Positions 1 through 10,444 are shown, counted from the first letter of the stretch. The stretch: DNA of 64,000 nucleotides from Thermoproteota archaeon (GCA_029258885.1 JAPDJW010000002.1:288001-352000); one strand, 5' to 3'. Program-made: numbers and translations. Notes: a model not told the origin generated them from the letters alone.

Positions 1-1857
1 AGGTGCTCGCCGCCTGCGTAGTATAATAATAATGACTGCCGCTGCACATACAACAGCTATGGCTATAGCAGCTATCAGGTAGATGTTAAATGGTAATCCA
101 GCTTTTACCTCCACCTCTATTGTATGGGAGTACTGGAAATTATTTTCGCCTTCAGGAATGGTAATAGTTATGCTCCATTTACCCTCTTCATTAAACTTAA
201 ATGAATCTTGGAAGCATCCATGGTTGTCCGTTACTTCATGATGTACATACTCCTTACCGCTAGGCGACATATACTTAATAGTTACGGTTATGCCAGCTAT
301 GGAGGGAGATGTACATCCGTAGATGCTCCATTCGCTATTAACTTGTGTACTCGTCTTAATCTCCGGGAAACTTACGGTTACAGTAGCTTTCGCAACCTGA
401 ACTTCAACGATATTAGAAACTGTGGCCTCATACTCTTCTGTCCCATTCCACCTAACTCTAAACCTCCATACGCCAGCTCTATACGCCTTCCACTTAAATG
501 AGAATAAGCCATTTTCATCAGTTATCCCGGTACCTACCAGCTCCCAATCTTCACCATCGTACTTCTCCTCTATAATCACCGTAGCCTTCATTTTAGGCTC
601 AAGTTGCACGGTAAACGATACCTCATCGCCGTAGACAACTTGGCTTTCGGCCACTGAGAGGCTTAGACTGGAGGCTTTCTTAAACCTACCAAATATTATT
701 AAAAGCTCCTGTTCTGTGCTCGTAAAGTTCTCGCCTATTATAAACACGCATCCCTCAGCTACAACAGGGCTTGAGGTAACGGTCTGCCGTTCAGCTAAAC
801 CATACTGTATAGTGGTATAGTTCCAGAGCAACTCTCCCGTATTAGCGTCGAAACAGTATAGTCCAGTGTAAAGGATCGATACAAACACCTTGCCATCAGC
901 AACAGCTAGGTGATTAACGCCCCATCCCTCAGGTAGAGGCTTCTTCCATACAACATCACCAGTCGCCAAGTCCAATGCATATAAAGCATTCTCCCCAGGA
1001 GGAGTACAGAAGCTAACCTTTTCAGTAGCAAAATACACGCGGCCATACGCTATACATGCAGAAGGCGGAAGATAGCATCCCGAGAGATTAGCGGTCCAGA
1101 TAGTCTCGCCAGTATAGGGATCGAGGGCATATACACACGCAACGCTTGAACCCTTACAAGTATAAAATATAATCAGCTTATCCTCCCCAATAGCTGGGAA
1201 GGCTTCTGTCTTCAAATCCTCCCTAGACCAGATTTTCTCGCCAGTACTTATATTTATACACTGTAATCCATCAAGGCATGCAAAGTACACCATGCCCTTA
1301 TATATTGCTGGGCTCCAGCAGGCATAGCCAGAAGTACTCCAGAGAACTTTTCCCGTAAACCTATCCAGGCATTTAACAAACAATCCTTCAGCTACAATAA
1401 CTCTATTCTTCCATACAGCTACAGGAAGTCCTCTAATTGCTCCCTCAACCCTCCAGACTTCCTCACCAGTACTTGCATTAAGGCATACGACATCTGTATC
1501 GTCAACCGTATAGAGGAATCCGCCGTAGTAGGTGGGGACAGCGAAGTCGCCATCCCTCTTCCAGAGAACAATATTAGACTTATAGTCTATACATATGAGC
1601 GAGCCGTTCCCACATACAATATATACTCTCCCCTTACATACGATAGGCGGTCTATCTTCAGGCGTAGGATTATTTCCAAACACTATTATCTTAGGCTCAC
1701 AGAAGGTATCCGGAGCCTTACTTGAGCTAAAGCCTGTACCCTCCATTCTCCCCCTGAAAAACGTCCATGAAGCAGGTGGCTGACCTACTACGGCGGATGA
1801 ATACAGTACTATGCTCAATGCTAAAACTATAGCCGTTATAACTGTTATTAATCGCAT
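1..1857 (-). CDS. Secreted PQQ-type beta-propeller protein with Ig-like domains and C-terminal membrane anchor (3' end runs off the window)
   Basis: Manual translation from ATG 1857 gives MRLITVITAIVLALSIVLY (signal-like), repeated CxD/N..G..vW propeller motifs (CLNASTGEEVW, CLDRFTGKVLW), beta-rich Ig-like segments, then LIAAIAIAVVCAAAVIIIILRRRRAP at the window edge. Absent from the ORF track because its stop lies outside the window. Confidence 0.8.
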   Translation of the reverse strand, partial: MRLITVITAIVLALSIVLYSSAVVGQPPASWTFFRGRMEGTGFSSSKAPDTFCEPKIIVFGNNPTPEDRPPIVCKGRVYIVCGNGSLICIDYKSNIVLWKRDGDFAVPTYYGGFLYTVDDTDVVCLNASTGEEVWRVEGAIRGLPVAVWKNRVIVAEGLFVKCLDRFTGKVLWSTSGYACWSPAIYKGMVYFACLDGLQCINISTGEKIWSREDLKTEAFPAIGEDKLIIFYTCKGSSVACVYALDPYTGETIWTANLSGCYLPPSACIAYGRVYFATEKVSFCTPPGENALYALDLATGDVVWKKPLPEGWGVNHLAVADGKVFVSILYTGLYCFDANTGELLWNYTTIQYGLAERQTVTSSPVVAEGCVFIIGENFTSTEQELLIIFGRFKKASSLSLSVAESQVVYGDEVSFTVQLEPKMKATVIIEEKYDGEDWELVGTGITDENGLFSFKWKAYRAGVWRFRVRWNGTEEYEATVSNIVEVQVAKATVTVSFPEIKTSTQVNSEWSIYGCTSPSIAGITVTIKYMSPSGKEYVHHEVTDNHGCFQDSFKFNEEGKWSITITIPEGENNFQYSHTIEVEVKAGLPFNIYLIAAIAIAVVCAAAVIIIILRRRRAP

Positions 1858-2241
1858 AGTATATATAAGCACAATTAATAATAAAAATCTTACCTTAAAA
1901 CAAAACATTATTATCTAAAACCTTCAATTACATAATGGAATGCTTAAAACTTTAACATTTAATGGGTATAGATTAAATTAAGAATAAAAATACAGTATAG
2001 TGAGGCGACAGTTTCACAGATGACGCAGCTATGTAACACGTTTACCTTAGATATTATTACCGTCTTTAAGTGAAGTATATTTGTTATTAAGAGCTATACC
2101 AAGACGTGTATGCTGTTCAGTTGCATCGAGGTATGTAGTTAGATATTATGGTAAGTTATGTAAGTGAAGTTTTCCGATAACATAAGCCCTAGTATATATT
2201 TCCCTGAAATTGAGTTCATTCAAAGTTAGCTTCATATGTAG

Positions 2242-2272
2242 TGTTTAGCATAAATGCTAAACATTTAGCATT
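2242..2272. promoter_or_regulatory. Overlapping palindromes, candidate transcription-factor operator
   Basis: TGTTTAGCAT-AA-ATGCTAAACA (2242-2263) overlaps AATGCTAAA-CA-TTTAGCATT (2253-2272) in a ~750-bp intergenic region. Confidence 0.35.
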
Positions 2273-2616
2273 TTGGGCAAAGGCTGTTTTAATAATACCT
2301 TAGACTACGAGAGATTCTGAAAAAGAGTATATATAAGGTTATCTTGAGTATCTATTTCAACGATTTAGGGGGATTAGCGCGTTTTCCTAGCGCTAGAAGC
2401 TGAACATACGCTGAAATAAAGGAAATTTCGATCATGTAGACATACTCTATCTTCCTAGAGGCAATCCTATTCTATTGCTTAAAGAACTCAGGAAATTCTG
2501 GGCTATCTAATGGAGGCATTATTGCTCTAAAGGAGAGTAGAATTGTTTGGGGTAGAGTAATTAGGATAGCTGATGGAGATGTATTAAGCCTAGGGTAGAG
2601 TGTTAGCATAAATAAA

Positions 2617-4383
2617 TTATTTTAGATATTTTCTAAGAAATATTATTGCAGGCAGCAGTATCTTAAACATATCCTCTACTGTAACTATCGCATGCCCTAT
2701 ATCTGGCACTATGTGTGCTTCAAACGTCCTGCCCAGCTTCAGTAGCTTACTGATGTACTTTAGGACAGGCTTTAATGGAGTTCTCGTATCGTTCTGTGGA
2801 TGAATGATACATAGTGGAACCTTAACGTTCTCAATGTAAGTTATTGGGGATCTTTCCTTCCAAAGCTCCCTCCTGCCCGCGAAGAGTACGTCTATGAACT
2901 GTTTGAAGAGTGCGTCGCTGAGTCCATACATTTCCTCCCAGTCTATCACGCTTGCTCCAGCTACGCCGCACTGCCAGATGTCGGGATGCTTTCCAGTTGC
3001 TAGGAGGGTCATATATCCACCATAGCTGTAGCCCATAATAGCTACCTTAGATGCAATTCCCAATTCAACAGCCCACTTCCTAGCGTGAACAACGTCCTCA
3101 AGGTCTCCTCCACCAGGATCACCTATATCCATGAGCCTAAACTCCTCCCCGTATCCCGTTGAACCCCTAAAGTTGGGTGCAACAACATGATACCCTAAGG
3201 CAACGAGAGAGGCTATTATAACGCTCCAGTAGTCCGCAACCTCAGACCAGGGACCGCCATGAACATATATTATTGTAGGCCCAGGCTTGGGCGCAACATT
3301 GCTTTCAGCGATGTATGCAGGTATCTCAAGCCCGTCAAACGACTTATATCTAATGAAGTATACTTTACCAAACCTCTTCTCAATATCTTCTGGAAGCCTA
3401 TTATCAATAATCACCCTTACCTCAACATTAATCTCCTTATCGCTTAGCTTCTTCAAATCCACCTCATAGATCTTAAAGGGAGTAGTGAGGGAGGAGTGGG
3501 CAGCATAGAGTTTCCCATTATGAAGCGTTACGCTACCTATAGAGCCTCTAGGTAAAGGTATTGATATTCCGTCGAGGAATACCCTAGATCTTCCATCCCT
3601 ACTACCTATAGTCCAAATTCTCGAATCCTTTGTCCATCCATAATCGTCATGAGCCAGTGGATCATAGCTGTAGTAGTCCTTCCCACTAAACTTGACTTCA
3701 CTAAGCTTTTCATCCTCAATATCGTATATAGCCAGCCTATTCTTCCCCCAGATATTCGTTTCAAAAAGCATTCTAGAGCCGAAGAGCTTTGGATATTTAT
3801 TTATGCTCCTATCCTTGGGAGTATAAACCGTAAACTCACTGGTCTCAAAGCTATAGATGAATAGCTCGGACGATAGCGGATTTCTTCTCAGCATTCCCGA
3901 GCCAACTATATACTTCTCATTCAGGTCCGAAACAGAGGCTATAGCATTAATTGAATACAGCTTCTCAAAGCTACCATCCGGTTTAACGAGATAGAGTGCA
4001 ATCTCCTTCTCGCTAGCAGCCGTGAAAGCAACTTTTTCTCCGTCGAAAGCTATTCCAAAGATCCTCATTGGAGTAAATTCGGCCAGTTTCCTTTCCTCAC
4101 CGCCCCTACAGTCGACGGCAAAGACCTGATGCTGCTCCCTACCTTTAGTTACATCACGAGTATATATGACAAGTGGGGACTTCTCGGAGGGAACAGCTAC
4201 TCCATGCACACCGCCAGTAGTAAGCCTGGTTTTCTCTAAAGTCCTTAAATCAATAGACCAGATATCCGATGCTCCCTCACTAGTAGACCTATAGATAAGC
4301 CTGCCAGACGTTACACCGTAGACCCTATACGTAGGCGTCTTCACGATAGCCTCCAAAACCCTAATACTATCAACTAGACTCAT
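2617..4383 (-). CDS. S9 family serine peptidase (acylaminoacyl-peptidase-like)
   Basis: N-terminal propeller, then HGGP, NFRGSTGYG, nucleophile GYSYGG, NDTRT Asp and late GH His. Confidence 0.9.
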   Translation of the reverse strand: MSLVDSIRVLEAIVKTPTYRVYGVTSGRLIYRSTSEGASDIWSIDLRTLEKTRLTTGGVHGVAVPSEKSPLVIYTRDVTKGREQHQVFAVDCRGGEERKLAEFTPMRIFGIAFDGEKVAFTAASEKEIALYLVKPDGSFEKLYSINAIASVSDLNEKYIVGSGMLRRNPLSSELFIYSFETSEFTVYTPKDRSINKYPKLFGSRMLFETNIWGKNRLAIYDIEDEKLSEVKFSGKDYYSYDPLAHDDYGWTKDSRIWTIGSRDGRSRVFLDGISIPLPRGSIGSVTLHNGKLYAAHSSLTTPFKIYEVDLKKLSDKEINVEVRVIIDNRLPEDIEKRFGKVYFIRYKSFDGLEIPAYIAESNVAPKPGPTIIYVHGGPWSEVADYWSVIIASLVALGYHVVAPNFRGSTGYGEEFRLMDIGDPGGGDLEDVVHARKWAVELGIASKVAIMGYSYGGYMTLLATGKHPDIWQCGVAGASVIDWEEMYGLSDALFKQFIDVLFAGRRELWKERSPITYIENVKVPLCIIHPQNDTRTPLKPVLKYISKLLKLGRTFEAHIVPDIGHAIVTVEDMFKILLPAIIFLRKYLK

Positions 4384-4492
4384 ACCTCATCATCTAGAGC
4401 ATATTATCCTTGAACTAATTTATTATTTTCCAATGTTAAAACTGTGGGAGCCGTGTACTCTGTAAGAGAGAGTATAAAGCTAATATAACTTT

Positions 4493-5599
4493 ATGTTAGA
4501 AGCTATTTGTGGTGCTTTAATGAAGAACTTAAGGAGAAGAGTATGGGTTTACCTTCCAACAGTATATAGGGAGGTGGGGTTCGAAAAAGCCGTGAAGGAG
4601 CTAAAGGACATGGGATTTGAGGAGCTAAATCTCCTGATTTGTAGCAGCGGTGGAGCCCTATTTCTAAGTAAGGTTAGACCCCAAACACCGGAGTTTAAGG
4701 GGAAGGACATCGTTACACCGTTTGTTAAGATGGCTAGAAGGGAGGGATTCAAACTACATGCCTGGATCGTAACGCTAAATTTCCCGTGCACGGAATTCTC
4801 CAGTAAGCATAGGGAGTGGTACGTCGTAAATAGGCTTGGAGAAAACTGCATTGATAAGTCCCCATACGTATCCAACTACAAGTGGCTCTGCCCCTCCCGA
4901 CATGAGGTAAAGGATTTCGTTGCCGATTTCTTCCTAGAGGTAGCTTCATCCTTCGACGTAGATGGAGTACACTTCGACTACATAAGGCTACCCGACATAA
5001 TCCTGCCAGAAGGCGTTAGACGGCAATACAGGGATGTTCCAAGGAAGGAGATATTAAAGCCTCAATTCGACTACTGCTACTGCCACTCATGCAGAATGAA
5101 GTTCATGGATGAATTCGGCGTAGACCCACTGGAGATAAGCTACGAGGATCCTCTCTACATGAAGTGGTTTAAATGGAGAGCAGACAGAATAACAGAGCTG
5201 GTCAAATACGTCTATAGGAAAGTTAAAAACTACGACTCGACGATAGAGGTAAGCGCCGCAGTATTCGCTACGCCGAGCCTAGCATACAAATACGTATTCC
5301 AGAGATGGCCTGAGTGGAACCTCGATTTCTACGACCCAATGATATACCACAAGTACTACAATAGGGACGTGGAGTGGATAGGCGAAGCAGTTAAAGAAGG
5401 AGTCTCGGCTGGAGTAAAACTCTCAGCAGGAATACTAGTCGACTTCATGGAAAGCCTAAACGAGTTAGCTAGAGGCTTTAGGCTGGCAGTTAAAAATGGG
5501 GCATCAGGAGTAACGGTCTTCGTATATCCGCCGCCGAGGGAGGAGCTGAAGGAATGGATTAAAAAAGCCTGTAGACTCCTTAAAGACCGTGACTCCTAA
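4493..5599 (+). CDS. Glycoside hydrolase-like 10 (DUF187/GHL10) TIM-barrel protein
   Basis: KLHAW, WLCPS, VDGVHFDYIR and W.KWR...IT motifs; likely start ATG 4520. Confidence 0.75.
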   Translation: MLEAICGALMKNLRRRVWVYLPTVYREVGFEKAVKELKDMGFEELNLLICSSGGALFLSKVRPQTPEFKGKDIVTPFVKMARREGFKLHAWIVTLNFPCTEFSSKHREWYVVNRLGENCIDKSPYVSNYKWLCPSRHEVKDFVADFFLEVASSFDVDGVHFDYIRLPDIILPEGVRRQYRDVPRKEILKPQFDYCYCHSCRMKFMDEFGVDPLEISYEDPLYMKWFKWRADRITELVKYVYRKVKNYDSTIEVSAAVFATPSLAYKYVFQRWPEWNLDFYDPMIYHKYYNRDVEWIGEAVKEGVSAGVKLSAGILVDFMESLNELARGFRLAVKNGASGVTVFVYPPPREELKEWIKKACRLLKDRDS

Positions 5600-6354
5600 A
5601 CCATTTTTCCAGAAATATACTTCACGAGGGCCCTATACCTGGAGAAGGTATCAGCTTGTTCTTCGAGAATATCCCTAATATTCGATAGATCTCTACCTGT
5701 AAATCCAAGCTTAAGAGCAAGCTTCTTCAGAACATCTCCCAAATTCAGAACCTCCTCTAGAGGTAGAAGCTGAAGGAATACTTTAAAGTCGGAGAAACCG
5801 TAACTCGAATCTTCAACTAGAAGCTCAACAAGCGGCTCCTGGAATCTTCCCAGCTCTAAGTTAACGAGAAGCCTCGATACCTCATAATCCTTAACACCCA
5901 TAAACGCTACGTAGACATCGTTGGGTTTCACGTCAACATCAACTACTGGAGGAATATAATATAGTGGGCTGGGATGAAGCACGCTATGTCCAGCCTCATG
6001 ATGTATAACGGCTCTCAATATATCGACGCCGTATTTCTCAGCTATCTGAGTAGAAGTATATATAGTGGGTATGCCGCTCCATGCCTCATAGTATGATAGC
6101 ATGCCAAAACCTATAGCGCTAACACCATAATGGAGAGCCTTAACGTATACTGCATCCTCCATATCACCTATCCTATCAAATATCTTAACATGGACAACTC
6201 CATCATAGCTCACTTTACCATAGACCTCATTAAGGAAACCGATAATATCGTCAAGCAGTCCCGAAACATCGCCGTGTAAGTGTATAACTAAACGCGTTCT
6301 TCCCAGAGTTAAAGTCTTCATATTACTCCCAGCTCTAGATATCGGATGGAACAA
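5596..6354 (-). CDS. Hypothetical protein with HExxH (zincin-like) motif
   Basis: AVIHHEAGHSVLH; downstream of and overlapping the HEPN-MNT pair; the true start may be MKTLTLG. Confidence 0.55.
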   Translation of the reverse strand: MFHPISRAGSNMKTLTLGRTRLVIHLHGDVSGLLDDIIGFLNEVYGKVSYDGVVHVKIFDRIGDMEDAVYVKALHYGVSAIGFGMLSYYEAWSGIPTIYTSTQIAEKYGVDILRAVIHHEAGHSVLHPSPLYYIPPVVDVDVKPNDVYVAFMGVKDYEVSRLLVNLELGRFQEPLVELLVEDSSYGFSDFKVFLQLLPLEEVLNLGDVLKKLALKLGFTGRDLSNIRDILEEQADTFSRYRALVKYISGKMV

Positions 6355-6739
6355 TTATCGATACACTTGTACGTTTAAGCCCCTTCTCCTTCAGCCTATG
6401 GAATAGCTCGATCAGCTTATTCAGCTCCTCGGTTTTATAGAGTATAACTCCCTCCTCTAAGGCATCAACTATAGTTGGACAGCCTTTCCTAAGCATAGAT
6501 AGTGCCTCATCCAGCGTATAGGGATGAGGCTCAATAGGCTCCTTAACATCACTTAAAGCATCAAGTAAATCCTTAATCCTATCCAGATACGGCTTATCAA
6601 AGTCGCCTATAACTAAGATATCATAGTCGCTCCACGGCCCCCAATCACCTCTAGCTCTAGAACCAAACAAAATTATCCCATAAATCCTAAACCTACTAAC
6701 AATACATTTCACAACTGTGTCAAGGACGCTATCCGACAT
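6335..6739 (-). CDS. Minimal nucleotidyltransferase (MNT) antitoxin-like protein
   Basis: LFGSRARGD...SDYDILV (GS-x10-DxD). Confidence 0.9.
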   Translation of the reverse strand: MSDSVLDTVVKCIVSRFRIYGIILFGSRARGDWGPWSDYDILVIGDFDKPYLDRIKDLLDALSDVKEPIEPHPYTLDEALSMLRKGCPTIVDALEEGVILYKTEELNKLIELFHRLKEKGLKRTSVSIIVPSDI

Positions 6740-7140
6740 TAATTCACCTGAATAAACCTTCTAACAAAGGCTATAATTCTCTCAGCCGCGTCTATAGCTC
6801 TAAGTGAAGTTGTTTCATCGTAGGCTTCATGCGGGGTACCCGATGGATGAGCATTTGGATACCTTGAGGGAATATAGTGTCTATCGAGTTCTCTAGCATA
6901 ATTTAAAAGCTCTTCACTAGCTGAAAGCCCTCTAGAAGAAAAGAACCTTTCAAGCAGTACTCTAATACTATGTCCCCATGCAGCTTCATTTATACTATAC
7001 AATAGTGCCTTAACAGCTTTTTCAGCTGCCTGATGAGCATAAAAAGCAGCAGAATTATACCTTCCTTCTCGATGCAGTATCTTAGCTGTCTCTAGATCCC
7101 ATAAGCTCTCTGAAAGCCACCTCGATGCCTCATCTCGCAT
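6739..7140 (-). CDS. HEPN domain protein (partner of MNT)
   Basis: AAFYAHQAAEKAVKA, WGHS and RHYIPSRYP motifs; abuts the MNT gene. Confidence 0.9.
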   Translation of the reverse strand: MRDEASRWLSESLWDLETAKILHREGRYNSAAFYAHQAAEKAVKALLYSINEAAWGHSIRVLLERFFSSRGLSASEELLNYARELDRHYIPSRYPNAHPSGTPHEAYDETTSLRAIDAAERIIAFVRRFIQVN

Positions 7141-7192
7141 ATTAAACCCCGAACAATAATATTTAGGATATTCAAAATAATTAAATTACTGG

Positions 7193-7241
7193 ATGATGAG
7201 GGTGGACCGGTAATGAGCAGTGATTTACCAGTCCTTTCTGA
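7193..7241 (+). ncRNA. Candidate C/D-box guide sRNA
   Basis: C ATGATGA (7193), 13-nt guide, D' ATGA, 3-nt linker, C'-like GTGATTT, 11-nt guide, D CTGA (7238-7241). Confidence 0.5.
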
Positions 7242-7243
7242 CG

Positions 7244-8638
7244 CTAAGGTATCCCAGATAGCTCGTAGAGTAGCTGAAGTATCCTCTTCCTCTCAACCTC
7301 CCTCCTTAAAGCGCGTAGCATACAGTATTTCGAGAGCATAGACGCCAACCCTCTAGCTACTTCCCTCTCCTCCTCGATGAGGTTATTCTTCTCCAATGGA
7401 TCCCTTTTTAAGTTGTAGAGCTTATGATCACCCTTAGGGCTGAATATTAGGCTCCACTCCTCAGTCCTAATGTTCCTGTAAAGCGATGCATGATATCCAG
7501 TCACTATATAGCTTCTAACTCTATCCTTCTCACCCTCAAGCACAGGGAGAATGCTTTTGCCGTGCATATCAATACACTCCTTCTCAAGCCCAAGGTAGCT
7601 AAGTATAGTTGGGAGGATATCGTGCCCCTGAACTAGAGCCTCAACCTTTCTTCCAGCGTAGCGTCCCTCAGGAAACTTAATCATCAGCGTCATCCTAACC
7701 AGTTCGTACCATAGGGTATGAGGATGCTTCAGAATCCAGCCGTGCTCGCCAATAGGCACGCCATGGTCGGACATTAAAACTATCAAAGTCCTATCATAGA
7801 GATCCTTCTCCTTAAGCTTATCGATAAGCACTCCAAACCATCTATCAACGAACGTAACCTCACCAGCATAGAGGCTACGCATATACTTCAACTCATCCTC
7901 AGTATAGATATCCGTCCTACCATACTTAGGCTGAATCAAGTTCCTGCCGCTATAGCTTGGATCCACGTATATCCTATAGTTGGGCGGCGGATCCCAGGGC
8001 TCATGCGGGTCAAACATATCAACCACTAGGAAGAACTTGGAGCCACTATTCCTATCAAGCCACCTCAACGCCTCCCTAACAACCATAGCAGCGAAATAGT
8101 CCTCCTCACCACGCCTACCAATATAGGAGATGTTCCTAAGATACTGCGTAAGAATCCGTTCAGCATCAGTACCCCTCATCTCAGGCTTCAAAAACTCATC
8201 TAAATCATACCCGATGGGTCCAGAGGCGTAGGCGTCAGCCTCCTGCCCCCTAATCCACCTAAAGGCGTGAAAGCCCTTATGCAGGTTCATGCCGGGCTTA
8301 AATAAGTGATAGGTGTCGGTTATAAGGGCGCAGACGTAGCCGTATTGACCAAAAATCTCAGGCGCAGTAATATCCTCATCCTCCAGAGGCCTCCAGGGCC
8401 TAAATGGAAGAGTACGCTGACCGGTAAGAACAGCAGTCCTAACGGGAATCGTTGGAAGACCCTCAGGATAAGCATTGAGAAACACCACGGAATCCCTAGC
8501 AAACCTATCAACATTTGGAGTCCTAACCCACTCGTTCCCATATGTGCCGAGGTAGTCCGGCCTCATACTGTCGGCAATAACTATAAGAACATTATACCCA
8601 TGCACACAGATCACCAGTAATACCTTACCCCAATTCAT
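7244..8638 (-). CDS. Sulfatase-like hydrolase (alkaline phosphatase superfamily)
   Basis: IADSMRPD, PTIPVRTAVLTG, DPHEPWDPP, YAGEVTFVD, SDHG...GEHG, LYNLKRDPLEKNNL. Confidence 0.85.
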   Translation of the reverse strand: MNWGKVLLVICVHGYNVLIVIADSMRPDYLGTYGNEWVRTPNVDRFARDSVVFLNAYPEGLPTIPVRTAVLTGQRTLPFRPWRPLEDEDITAPEIFGQYGYVCALITDTYHLFKPGMNLHKGFHAFRWIRGQEADAYASGPIGYDLDEFLKPEMRGTDAERILTQYLRNISYIGRRGEEDYFAAMVVREALRWLDRNSGSKFFLVVDMFDPHEPWDPPPNYRIYVDPSYSGRNLIQPKYGRTDIYTEDELKYMRSLYAGEVTFVDRWFGVLIDKLKEKDLYDRTLIVLMSDHGVPIGEHGWILKHPHTLWYELVRMTLMIKFPEGRYAGRKVEALVQGHDILPTILSYLGLEKECIDMHGKSILPVLEGEKDRVRSYIVTGYHASLYRNIRTEEWSLIFSPKGDHKLYNLKRDPLEKNNLIEEEREVARGLASMLSKYCMLRALRREVERKRILQLLYELSGIP

Positions 8639-8787
8639 TAATAAGCTAGAGCACCTAAAACTTCAATTCAAATATGGGAGAGACGTTAAATTACATTAAT
8701 CTAAAACTAGCAGCTAATTTACATTATTTAATATAAATTAAATTTTGTAAAGGAAAAATCCTTATATGCAACGCCACCTAAATCTAC

Positions 8788-10281
8788 GTGATGATTAAAA
8801 AACCAGCACTATTCTGGATATTCTGGCTAATCCTAACATGTATTACCCTACTACTCACGCATGCGCCACTCATAGCCGTAGAGGAGAAGGAGTATAGAGT
8901 GGAATACACCATCTGGACGTACATGGGCTACACCGCTAGCAACGGCACGAAAGTATATATAGGTTCATGGGAGGATGAGGTTAAATGTAAAATTAATGAG
9001 CTAGAAATAGGCCCCGTGTCTCATAGGCTCGACATTAAAAGCGGAACAGAGGCAGCTCCAGTAATAACCAAGGAGCTTTACCACGTTTTAATATATTTAA
9101 TTGCAGATGAGGAAGTTTACTTTCTTAACCTATCGCATTTTAAATATGAATCATATACGCTATTAGACTACCTCTCTAACACGCCTCTTAAGCCTGAGCC
9201 GATCTACACTACAGCACGTAACCTTATGTATATGCCCTTCTGGAAGAATGAGTTTTATGGTGAGGAATGCTATGCCGAGAAAGATATGTTAAGCCTACTA
9301 GTGGAAGAATACTATCAGCTTACGGGTAGGGAAAGCGGCGTAGTAGATGCATACATTAACGTAACTTCCCTACTTATGATATATACGGGCCATCAATTCC
9401 TGTCGGTAATTCACAAATGGAATATTGTTAAATTAAAAATCCATTATAGAAACCTTACCGTAGTTGAAGCCTACCTAGAGGGTAGGCCGCATCATATGGA
9501 GAAGATAAAGCTTAAGGTCATTCCGCCTACAGCAATAGTCTTTGCTGGCATAGCTTGTAAGATACTGTTTCCTCTATCAATCGTATTACTGCTAATAGGC
9601 CTATACGTGAAGTCAACTAGAAGTATTATTAGAATACACCTACGTAAGGTAGCAGTTATAATTGGTCTAATACTTTTACTCCTAGCCTTTACACTTAGGC
9701 TTGGTGAGCATAACACGTACATGCTGTGCATCGGATTCTACGATCTAACCGTGAATGGAGAGCCGTGGCCGGGACGCGTGGAAGGCGATACGCTAGTACT
9801 CGATAATATTGGGAATGGAACACTGCGAGCGCCGCTGATACTCTACCAGGTATCCGATAGGATATCTTACACGTACGTATTCCTCACCTTAGAGGTTGAT
9901 GGAGAACGTGAGAGGCTATATAGAACAGCCTATCCATGGGAGAATGTAGGCTACAACTGTCTTCTCATAAGCAAAGTAGGCGTACCTCTTAAAGCGGAGA
10001 ATGCCACCGTAAGGTTGAGGGTGAAAGCTCCTACAATCGGCTATCAAGAGGATAGGGTATATGATATATTGACGTTCAGACGCAACGGCAGTATAGTTAG
10101 GATAAAGCTATCTCCCATGTTGATAGTGTACTATGAGAGGCCTCCACTTAACGAAATCAATCTACTGCTAGCAGCAATGGGAGCTGGAATACTCGTATAC
10201 TCCATTAAATCTCCAGTAGTAAATAAGAAATATACGGATAAGACTAACCTCACCAGCACTAATAATTCAACCCCTAACTAA
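8788..10281 (+). CDS. Uncharacterised multi-pass membrane protein, paralog 1 of 3
   Basis: 497 aa; hydrophobic N-terminus, central pair and C-terminus; shares KPEP, YINVT, IYTGHQ, NGEPWPG and NEINLLLAA with both neighbours. Confidence 0.8.
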   Translation: MMIKKPALFWIFWLILTCITLLLTHAPLIAVEEKEYRVEYTIWTYMGYTASNGTKVYIGSWEDEVKCKINELEIGPVSHRLDIKSGTEAAPVITKELYHVLIYLIADEEVYFLNLSHFKYESYTLLDYLSNTPLKPEPIYTTARNLMYMPFWKNEFYGEECYAEKDMLSLLVEEYYQLTGRESGVVDAYINVTSLLMIYTGHQFLSVIHKWNIVKLKIHYRNLTVVEAYLEGRPHHMEKIKLKVIPPTAIVFAGIACKILFPLSIVLLLIGLYVKSTRSIIRIHLRKVAVIIGLILLLLAFTLRLGEHNTYMLCIGFYDLTVNGEPWPGRVEGDTLVLDNIGNGTLRAPLILYQVSDRISYTYVFLTLEVDGERERLYRTAYPWENVGYNCLLISKVGVPLKAENATVRLRVKAPTIGYQEDRVYDILTFRRNGSIVRIKLSPMLIVYYERPPLNEINLLLAAMGAGILVYSIKSPVVNKKYTDKTNLTSTNNSTPN

Positions 10282-10444
10282 CCGTAGCCTGCTTTCAATA
10301 ACCGCTTTAAGAACTATTTAAGTTCGTGTCTCCGAGTTGAAGTTATTACGAACCCACCAGGCTGTATTGATGAATGCTATAAAAAGCTATCTACTTACCT
10401 ATTAAGGGGGATAACTTAATATACCAGACTTCAATATATAAAAC

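Noticed and set aside
208-1783. Three short plus-strand ORFs
   Set aside because: Antisense shadows of the PQQ-propeller gene.
2440-2598. Plus-strand fragment ending RIADGDVLSLG, resembling an FHA C-terminus
   Set aside because: No start codon and no convincing upstream FHA motifs; too weak to call.
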